Part shown: positions 18,080 to 25,285 of the stretch, piece by piece
Numbering within the stretch: the first letter of the stretch is position 1
Layout: each line of letters opens with the position of its first letter
NCBI GenBank assembly: GCA_041690355.1
Contig: JAWLHK010000017.1
Location: 62,001 to 92,474 of the forward strand
Origin: a bacterium
GTDB taxonomy: Bacteria > J088 > JAWLBW01
Length of the DNA stretch: 30,474 nt
Reading direction: 5' to 3'
Notes under the pieces: model-generated
Told to the model about the DNA's origin: nothing
Seen by the model: the letters and a program-made list of their open reading frames with translations, nothing else
Database searches by the model: none
Program-made: the position numbers and the translations under genes

Positions 18080-19620
18080 GAGGCCACCCCGTCTCCCGTG
18101 GCAATGCGTTCGAGCGCGATGCGCGCCGTGCCCTGCATCTCGATGTCTTCGTCTTCGAGCGCCTTGCGAAGCAGGGGCTCGGCCAGCTGCCCATAGTTTA
18201 CCAGTGCCCGCAGCGCCGCGCGACGGACGCTCGTCTTTTTCTCCCGGCCCAGCAGGCCGCGCGGTTGAAAGACATTCCGCAGGAGTTCGAAGCTCTCCGG
18301 CGCGGCCAGCTTGCCCAGGGCTTCGCAGGCGGCGGCGCGCACCTCTTCTTCGTCGGCCTTCCTGGCCAGCCGCTCGAGAAATACACGCCCTCCGGGCCAG
18401 CGCAGACCGCCGAAGAGCATCGCGAGCTGAATCTGGAGTTCGGGGCCGAAGCTTTCGCCCCGGGAGCGCAGCGTCTCGAGACCGGGCTCACCGCCGATGC
18501 GGCCGATGGTGCGCACTGCCTCTTTGGTGACGCGCGCGTCTGCGTAATCGAGATACGGGATGAGCTGTTCGAGCAGGGCGGGCTTGCCGATTTCGGCCAG
18601 AATCGCCAGCATGTTCCGTTTGACGAACCAGCGTTCATCCTCCAGCAGCTCCAGCGCAGGCGCGATCGCCTTTTCGCCGAAGGCAACAATCGCTGCGGTC
18701 AGGTTGCGGCGCGCGGCCCGGCCTTCGGCCTGGGTCAACTCGTAGAGCAGGAAGCGGATGGAGATCTTGCCGATGTACTGCAGGAGCAGAATGAGCCGGT
18801 TGCGCTCGTCTTGCGAAGCGGTCTGCAGGTCCCGGATCTTCTCCAAAAGGACTTCCTTGGACGCCAGCGCGCGGATGGCCCGCTCGGCGAACTCGCGGGG
18901 GGTGAGCCCCTTGTGGGAATCCGAGGAGAAGCGGAACAGGTAATCGACCGCAACGCCGACTTCGCGAAACTCGCCCGCCGCCGTCAGCACCTTCGACCGG
19001 TCGACGACCTCTTTGAGCAGCTGCATGAATTCGGCGCCGTCGCTGTCGATCATGTGCTGCAGCATCTCACGGAAGGCGATCTGCTCAGGGGTGAGGTCGA
19101 GGGTGTCTTCGGGGGTCCCTTCGACGATGTCTTCGTCGGCCCCATCCTCTTCTTCGAAGACTTCGTCTTCCAGATCGCGAAGGCGGTTGAAATCGACCTC
19201 GTTGCAGAAAATCGAGCGCACGCCCAGGCGCGCGAGCGCGTCTTCCATTCCCCCCCGGCGGGCAAGCTCGTCCGGTTCGAGGCGGAAGGCTCGCGTGAAG
19301 GCGAGCAGCTCTTCGAGGGTGATGCCGCGCAGGAAAATCAGCTTTTTGACGCGGCGCCGGAAGAACTCGGCCGCCAAGGCCCGCAGCACCTGCTGCTGTC
19401 CGGTGAGAGGGCGGTCGTCCACCGTGATCTGCGTCTTCGTCACCGTGAATTCGAGCGAATCCGTGACGGTCAGCAGATTCTGGAAGTAACGCAGGGTGCG
19501 GGTGCCGCTCTGGGCCAGGGCCGGGTGATCCGGAGTGTAGAAGGAGGCCGCCCGCAGCATTTTGTGCAGTTCGACAAGGCAGGCCTCGTAGACCTTATCC
19601 GGAGTGGCGGAGACAGGCAT
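18076..19620 (-). CDS. HEAT-repeat protein
   Basis: DERWFVKRN, RVTKEAVRTIG, EVRAAACEALG and VRRAALRAL repeats. ATGA overlap with the HD-GYP gene. Start ATG 19620 preferred over GTG 19659. Confidence 0.85.
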   Translation of the reverse strand: MPVSATPDKVYEACLVELHKMLRAASFYTPDHPALAQSGTRTLRYFQNLLTVTDSLEFTVTKTQITVDDRPLTGQQQVLRALAAEFFRRRVKKLIFLRGITLEELLAFTRAFRLEPDELARRGGMEDALARLGVRSIFCNEVDFNRLRDLEDEVFEEEDGADEDIVEGTPEDTLDLTPEQIAFREMLQHMIDSDGAEFMQLLKEVVDRSKVLTAAGEFREVGVAVDYLFRFSSDSHKGLTPREFAERAIRALASKEVLLEKIRDLQTASQDERNRLILLLQYIGKISIRFLLYELTQAEGRAARRNLTAAIVAFGEKAIAPALELLEDERWFVKRNMLAILAEIGKPALLEQLIPYLDYADARVTKEAVRTIGRIGGEPGLETLRSRGESFGPELQIQLAMLFGGLRWPGGRVFLERLARKADEEEVRAAACEALGKLAAPESFELLRNVFQPRGLLGREKKTSVRRAALRALVNYGQLAEPLLRKALEDEDIEMQGTARIALERIATGDGVAS

Positions 19621-19812
19621 CCAGCCTAGATCGTAGCAGATTCGGCCGCCTGTCACCAAAGCGCGCCGCCGCGCCGGACCGCGGTCGGTCGAGGCTCACC
19701 CGGCAGGAATTCTTGTTCCCTACCCCCCACTCTGGCGATTGGACACCGAACGCATGCCATCGTCGCGGCTTCGGGCGGCGCAGACAATGACTCCATCCAC
19801 AAGGAGAGGCAT

Positions 19813-20184
19813 ATGCATGCAAGAATGGTTACGACTTCGATGCCATCGGGAAAGGGCGACGAGGAGGCGCGCATCTATCGCGAGATGGTCGATGGCGCCC
19901 GCGATGTCGAGGGGTTTCTCGGCGCGCTGCTGCTGACCGACGGAGAGGGTGGGAAATCGGTTTCCATCACGCTGTGGGAGAGCGAGCAGGCCATGCTGCA
20001 CACCGAGGAATCGGGCTGGTGGCAGGCGCAGATCGACAAATTCAAGCACGTCATGGAGGGCGCACCGCAACGGGAGCACTTCAAGGTCGAGGTCGCCGGC
20101 TGGCCCGAAGCCGGGCGCGAGAAGTCCACCCAGGGAGATACCTCGGACGTCTCCGGCCTCTCGGATGTTCCGCCACCGCCGTGA
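19813..20184 (+). CDS. antibiotic-biosynthesis monooxygenase (ABM)-like dimeric alpha/beta barrel protein
   Basis: EGFLGALLL and SITLWESEQAM pattern. RBS AAGGAGAGG. Confidence 0.75.
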   Translation: MHARMVTTSMPSGKGDEEARIYREMVDGARDVEGFLGALLLTDGEGGKSVSITLWESEQAMLHTEESGWWQAQIDKFKHVMEGAPQREHFKVEVAGWPEAGREKSTQGDTSDVSGLSDVPPPP

Positions 20185-20230
20185 AGGGCGGCCCCAATCG
20201 GGGGATGCGCGTGGATGGGGGCGATCCTCT

Positions 20231-20359
20231 GGGCCGTGCCCCGTACGCCGGGGCCCTGCCCCGTACCCCAGGGGCGTTGCCCCATTCCCCGGGGCCCTGC
20301 CCCGTACCCCGGGGCCCTGCCCCGGGCTGAAGGCCTCGCGTCCCTTCAGGACGCGGAGG
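20231..20359. repeat. about 20-bp tandem repeat (GGGCCCTGCCCCGTACCCCG)x4.6 plus terminal hairpin
   Basis: Units at 20231, 20251, 20272, 20292 and 20312. Hairpin CGCGTCC-CTTCA-GGACGCG at 20337-20355. Lies between convergent genes. Confidence 0.85.
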
Positions 20360-20400
20360 AACCTTTACGGACCTCTCGCAACCAGGGAGCGGTTCTCGAA

Positions 20401-21300
20401 TCAAACAATCTGCGCGACCACGTTGCGCACGGCTTCGGCGATGGCGTCCGGGGCCTCTTCCTGGAGAAAATGGCCGGCCTCGGTGCGCGTGACCGGCGCC
20501 TGGGGCAAGAGGCGCTCCATGCGGCTGCGGGTGCGGCCGAGAACCGGATCGCGATCGCCCCAGACGATGGCCGCCGGGCCTTTCCACGAGCTGACGAGCG
20601 CCTCGACTTCCTTGAGCGCCGTGCAGGAGGGGTGGTTGAGCGTATCGGGAACCATGCGGGCCAGGGCGAGCGGGGCCGCGTTGTTGGCCAGGCCGCGCAG
20701 CGGTTCCGCATAAGCCCGGGCGACGTTGCCGCGGATGCTCCGCTTGTCGCCCTGGGCGAAGTTCATGCCGCGCTGGGGGAAGCCGAAGCCGCGGAAAAGC
20801 AGGTCGCTGACGAGCGGCATCTGGCTCAGCCGGTGAAACGGCGTGGGCGTGAACCCCGGTCGCGGCGGCCCGGCCACGGTATTCATGAGCACCATGCCGG
20901 CGAGCCGATCGCGCCGGGGCACGAGGGCGTGCAGCCCGATGGGGCCGCCCCAGTCCTGCCCCACGAAGACCATCCCCCTGAGATCCATGCGATCGATCAG
21001 GTCGCCGATCCACGTACTGTGGTTGCGGATCGTGTGCATCGAGAGGTCACGCGGCTTGTCGGACCAGCCGAGGCCGATCAGGTCGGGCATGATGACGCGC
21101 AGGGGCTCGCCTTTGAGCGCGAGGGCGACCTTGCGGTAGAGAAACCCCCAGGTCGGGTTGCCGTGCAGCATGAACACCGGGCGCCCCTCGCCCTGCTCCA
21201 TGACGTGCATCTTCCAGCCGCCGATGTCGACGACGTAACGCTCGAAGGGGACCATCGCCGCGAGCCAGTCGGGCAGCGGCGGAGGGGGCAGGCGTTGCAT
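20401..21300 (-). CDS. haloalkane dehalogenase/OleB-like alpha/beta hydrolase
   Basis: HGNPTW, PDLIGLG.SDKP, Asp nucleophile QDWGG, WGDRDP and GHFLQE motifs. Confidence 0.85.
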   Translation of the reverse strand: MQRLPPPPLPDWLAAMVPFERYVVDIGGWKMHVMEQGEGRPVFMLHGNPTWGFLYRKVALALKGEPLRVIMPDLIGLGWSDKPRDLSMHTIRNHSTWIGDLIDRMDLRGMVFVGQDWGGPIGLHALVPRRDRLAGMVLMNTVAGPPRPGFTPTPFHRLSQMPLVSDLLFRGFGFPQRGMNFAQGDKRSIRGNVARAYAEPLRGLANNAAPLALARMVPDTLNHPSCTALKEVEALVSSWKGPAAIVWGDRDPVLGRTRSRMERLLPQAPVTRTEAGHFLQEEAPDAIAEAVRNVVAQIV

Positions 21301-21301
21301 G

Positions 21302-22303
21302 TCAGCGCTCCCAGCGGCGAAGAATTCCTTCGAGCCCGGGCAGCTCGCCGCGCTGCACGGTGCGCACTTTACCCTTGGCGTCGAGAATCATCCAGTAGGG
21401 GACGCCCGGGATCGCATAACGGTGCCCGACGCGGCCGTCGTCGATGAGGACGGGAAACTCAATACCGTGCTCCTTGACGAAGCGCTCGGTCGCCACGCGG
21501 TCTTCGGGGTTCAGCAGCCGCACGAGGCTCAGAATCTCGAACGGCTCCCCGCGCTTGTTCTGCCAGGCCTGGATGCGCGGGAGCTCGTGGCGGCAGTGCG
21601 GGCAGTGCGGGCTCCAGAAGAGGACCATGGTCGGTTTTTTCCCGAGCCGGTCCTGCAGGCGCACCGGATGGCCGCGCAGATCGGGGAGCGTGAAGTCGGG
21701 TGCGATGTCGCCGACGGCAAGCTCCTGCGGCCGGCGGGGAGCGACGGCGGGCACGTCGCGGGCATCCGACAAAGCGCTGCGCAGCGCCCCCCCCGCCTGC
21801 GTGGGGTCATCGAGCGAAGAAAACCCGAGCAGGCGCTCACGCCCGGCTTTGTCGACGCCGTAATAAGCGGGGAGAAACGGCACCGGCATGCGGCGCCCGA
21901 GTTCGAGCTGCGTGTCGAGCAGCACCGGAAGTTCGATCTTCCGGTCTGCCAGGACCCGTTCGGCGGCCTGGCGCTCATGATCGTCGAGGGCGCGCACCGC
22001 CGCGAACCAGAGCATATCGGTCTTCGGGCGTCCGGCGACGAAGGCCTGGTAGCGTACGAGTTCCTCCACCGAGGCGGCGGCCGTCGGGTTCCAGTAAAGG
22101 ATGACGACGGGCCGCTTGCCGACCAGATCGGTGAACCGAACCGTTTGCTCGGTAAAGCCGGTTTCTTCGGGCGCGGCCGGCGCCCCGGCGGTACGGCTGA
22201 TGGCGTCGAGCACCAGATCGCCGAGGCCTGCCGCACGGGCATCGCCGGCGGGCGCCGCCGCGAGAAGGAGAGCGAGCACCAAGGTTCGTATCGACCGCGC
22301 CAT
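21302..22303 (-). CDS. exported two-domain TlpA/redoxin-family protein
   Basis: Signal peptide from ATG 22303 (RBS AAGGGAG). Two thioredoxin-fold repeats; only the second has WSPHCPHC. Confidence 0.8.
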   Translation of the reverse strand: MARSIRTLVLALLLAAAPAGDARAAGLGDLVLDAISRTAGAPAAPEETGFTEQTVRFTDLVGKRPVVILYWNPTAAASVEELVRYQAFVAGRPKTDMLWFAAVRALDDHERQAAERVLADRKIELPVLLDTQLELGRRMPVPFLPAYYGVDKAGRERLLGFSSLDDPTQAGGALRSALSDARDVPAVAPRRPQELAVGDIAPDFTLPDLRGHPVRLQDRLGKKPTMVLFWSPHCPHCRHELPRIQAWQNKRGEPFEILSLVRLLNPEDRVATERFVKEHGIEFPVLIDDGRVGHRYAIPGVPYWMILDAKGKVRTVQRGELPGLEGILRRWER

Positions 22304-22328
22304 TCGCACTCCCTTCGCGGGTGAGGGC

Positions 22329-23591
22329 TCAGCTTTCGAAATCGAACTCGCTGAACGAGCCGCCGCCGCCGGCTGGCGTGCCGGCAGCCGGAGCGCCCGG
22401 TTGCGGGCCATCCTTGTCGAATTCGCCCCACGAGTCGCCGTCGCTCGTGCCGGCGACACCGGAGAGGCGCAGCTTGAAGTCGTCGGGATTCGAGCTCTGC
22501 TGCAGGGCCTCGTCCATCGTGATGAGCCCCTTCTTGTAGAGGGACATGATCGCCTGGTCGAAGGTCTGCATGCCGTAGGTCGTGTGCCCGCGTGCGATGG
22601 CGTCCGGAATTTCGCGGGTGCGGTCCTTGTCGATGATGAGTTCGCGGATGCGCGCCGTGCAGCGCAGGATCTCGAGCGCCGGCACGCGCCCCTTGCCGTC
22701 GGCGCGGGGGATCAGGCGCTGGCTGATGATGGCGCGCAGAATACTCGAGAGCTGCAGGCGCACCTGCTTCTGCTGGAAGGGCGGAAAGATGGAGACGATG
22801 CGGTTGATCGTTTCCGTCGCATCCAGGGTGTGCAGCGTGCTCATGACCAGGTGGCCTGTTTCGGCCGCCGTGATGGCCGTCTCGATGGTTTCGAAGTCGC
22901 GCATTTCGCCGACGAGGATGACGTCGGGGTCTTCACGCAGCGCCGACTTGAGCGCGTTGGCGAACGAGAGCGTATCCGCGCCGACCTCGCGCTGGTTCAC
23001 GATCGAGCGCTTGTCGCGGATGAGGAATTCGATTGGATCCTCAATCGTAATGATGTGGCGCGTGCGCTTCGAATTGATGTAGTCGATCATGGCCGCGAGC
23101 GTCGTCGACTTGCCCGAACCGGTCGTGCCGGTCACGAGGATCATGCCGCGCTGCTCGTTGGCGATCGTCTCGAGAACGGTGGGAAGGTTCAGCTGCTCGA
23201 ACGACTGGATGCCGAAGGGGATGACGCGGAGCACGATGCCAATCGTGCCGCGCTGCTGAAAGATGTTCACGCGGAAACGGCCGAGCCCGGGAACGCCGTA
23301 GGCCAGGTCGATTTCATGCGTACGCTTGAACTCTTCCTTCTGCACGGGGTTCATGATGCTCAGCGCCATCTTGTTCAGATCTTCGGGAACAAGGCGTTTG
23401 GCGTCTTTGAGCGGCACCAGGTCGCCGTCGATGCGGAACATCGGGGGCAGGCCGGCCTTCAGGTGAATGTCGCTGGCGCCCCCCTTCAGGGCGATCTTGA
23501 GGATGTCGTTCAGCTCCAGGGCGGCACCGACGCTGGGACGAGCGCCGCCGGCGGGGGGCGGAGTTCCGGGTCGAGTGGGCGTTGCGTCCAT
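22329..23591 (-). CDS. type IV pilus retraction-type ATPase, PilT/PilU family paralogue
   Basis: ASDIHL, GTTGSGKST, TIEDPIE, LREDPDVILVGEMRD, TGHLV.STLH and GMQTFD motifs. The AIRNLIRE helix reads RIRELII. Confidence 0.92.
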   Translation of the reverse strand: MDATPTRPGTPPPAGGARPSVGAALELNDILKIALKGGASDIHLKAGLPPMFRIDGDLVPLKDAKRLVPEDLNKMALSIMNPVQKEEFKRTHEIDLAYGVPGLGRFRVNIFQQRGTIGIVLRVIPFGIQSFEQLNLPTVLETIANEQRGMILVTGTTGSGKSTTLAAMIDYINSKRTRHIITIEDPIEFLIRDKRSIVNQREVGADTLSFANALKSALREDPDVILVGEMRDFETIETAITAAETGHLVMSTLHTLDATETINRIVSIFPPFQQKQVRLQLSSILRAIISQRLIPRADGKGRVPALEILRCTARIRELIIDKDRTREIPDAIARGHTTYGMQTFDQAIMSLYKKGLITMDEALQQSSNPDDFKLRLSGVAGTSDGDSWGEFDKDGPQPGAPAAGTPAGGGGSFSEFDFES

Positions 23592-23631
23592 GGTGTCTCC
23601 TTACTGACGGATGGTACGGAAAGGTCCCATT

Positions 23632-23661
23632 ATCCTACCGTTCTGCGCAGGAAAAAGTCAA
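23632..23661 (-). promoter_or_regulatory. putative sigma-70 promoter of the PilT-paralogue operon
   Basis: TTGACT-N18-TAGGAT on the minus strand, about 40 nt upstream of the ATG. Confidence 0.5.
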
Positions 23662-23722
23662 CGAAACAGGGGAGTTACATTGACGCGTCGCGGCACGGGA
23701 GGCGTGGGGGAGGCAGCCTCGC

Positions 23723-25027
23723 TCATGATTGCGGACGGGGTCCCACGGGCGGCTCGGGCGGGGCGGCGCGGGTGAGTTCAACCTGGGCCACGCGCCGCTG
23801 ATCCATTTTACGCACCGTAAAGCGATAGCCGTACAGGGTAAAGGTGTCGCCCACCTGGGGGAGCCTGCCGAGCGCCTCGAGCACGAATCCCCCGAGCGTC
23901 GTGTAGAAGACCGTGTCTTCCAGGGGCAGGGCCAGCTGTTCGCGCAGGACCAGGAGGGGAACGTCGCCGCGCACCAGCCAGCCGTCGGGGACGGTCTTGA
24001 TGCCCGGATGCGTTCCCTCGGGGAGGGCGAAGTGGAGGATCTGCCGCTGCAGGATCGTCGTCAGCGGCAGCAGCCCCTCGAATTCTCCATACTCGTTCAC
24101 GACGACCGCGGCCATGACGCGCGCCGTCTGCAGCTGTTCGATCGCTTTGGGCAGCGGCGCCGACTCGGGAACGTAGATGACCCGCTGGGAATAGGGGAGA
24201 GCGGGTTCCTCGGCGCCTGCCCGGTGGATGTCGCGCCAGTCGAGCAGGCCGTGCACGGTGTCGCTGCGCCGGTCATAGAGCACGACGTAGGGGACGGCCG
24301 AATTCACGACCAACTCGCGCAGTTCGCCGAGCCGCGCATCGGGGCGGGCCGTCGTCACTTCGTGCCGCGGAATCGTGGCTTCCTTGACGGTGCGGTTGAT
24401 CAGCTCGATGGCGCTCGAGAGCAGGGCGCGCTCGGTTGCGCTGTAGATTCCCTGGCGGTGCCCCTCCATGATGATGCTGCGCAGCTCGTCGCGCGAGACA
24501 CGGTCGAACTCTGTCGCCTTGCCGCCGAAGGGGGCGAGCACTGCCGACGTCGAGAGATCGAGTATGCGCACGAGGGGCAGAAACACCTTCTCGAGCAGGC
24601 TCATCGGCCAGGCGAGCAGCAGCGCGTAGCGTTCGGAGAAGCGCAGCGCGAGGTTCTTGGGCGCCAGCTCGCCGATCACGAGCGTCAGGTACGAGATGGC
24701 CCCCACGACCAGAAACAGGGCGACGGCCTCGCCCGCGCGCGGCCCCAGGTGCGGCGTCAGATTCGGCGCAAGCATGCCCACGAGGGTCATGCCGCCGATG
24801 GCCGACGAGGCAGAGCCGACGAGGGTGATGCCGATCTGAACGGTGGGAAGAAAGCGGTCCGGAGAATCCTTGAGGCGGAGGGCCATCTGGGCCCTTCGGC
24901 TCCCGGCCTTGCTGCGCTCCTGCAGGCGCCCGCGTCCGGCCGAGATGATGGCGAGCTCGGCGCCCGCAAAAAATCCGTTCAGGAGGATGAAGACGGGGAT
25001 CAGGAGTACTTCCAGCGCTTGGCCCAC
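23723..25027 (-). CDS. HlyC/CorC (CNNM, DUF21-CBS-CorC) family transporter
   Basis: NGFFAGAELA, TVQIGIT, IGELAPK, VVNEYG and TTLGGFV motifs. Start GTG 25027; the longer ORF reads through repeats. Confidence 0.9.
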   Translation of the reverse strand: MGQALEVLLIPVFILLNGFFAGAELAIISAGRGRLQERSKAGSRRAQMALRLKDSPDRFLPTVQIGITLVGSASSAIGGMTLVGMLAPNLTPHLGPRAGEAVALFLVVGAISYLTLVIGELAPKNLALRFSERYALLLAWPMSLLEKVFLPLVRILDLSTSAVLAPFGGKATEFDRVSRDELRSIIMEGHRQGIYSATERALLSSAIELINRTVKEATIPRHEVTTARPDARLGELRELVVNSAVPYVVLYDRRSDTVHGLLDWRDIHRAGAEEPALPYSQRVIYVPESAPLPKAIEQLQTARVMAAVVVNEYGEFEGLLPLTTILQRQILHFALPEGTHPGIKTVPDGWLVRGDVPLLVLREQLALPLEDTVFYTTLGGFVLEALGRLPQVGDTFTLYGYRFTVRKMDQRRVAQVELTRAAPPEPPVGPRPQS

Positions 25028-25050
25028 GATACCGGTGAGTATACCAGCCG

Positions 25051-25284
25051 GAGTGACGAGTGACGAGTTACAAGTGACGAGTTCCGAGTGGACGGCAAGA
25101 ACGTGCCAGCGCCCAGCACCCAGTGCCCAGTGCCCAGTGCCCCCGACCGTTCGTCCCGAGCTGACGGCGCGCAGCAGCGTGAGCGCGACAGCGAGGGAGC
25201 ACACTGGAACAAATGACGATTTACGATTGACGATTTACGATTCGGCTTCAAGAACGTGCCAGCGCCCAGCACCCAGCGCCCGAC
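25051..25284 (+). repeat. mosaic intergenic repeat: heptamer tracts, 28-bp direct repeat and REP-like copy 3
   Basis: (GAGTGAC)n 25051-25083. CAAGAACGTGCCAGCGCCCAGCACCCAG at 25096 and 25249. (CCCAGTG)n. REP-like 25147-25198. (ATTTACG/ATTGACG)n 25212-25242. Confidence 0.9.
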
Positions 25285-25285
25285 T

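Noticed and set aside
20231-20325. Possible CRISPR array
   Set aside because: Units are contiguous with no unique spacers, and there are no cas genes.
25028-25204. N-terminal extension of the CNNM ORF (likewise extensions of rsmE, RDD, plsC, redoxin and exbB in the ORF track)
   Set aside because: These translate repeats, promoters or neighbouring genes; family homology starts at the downstream start codons.
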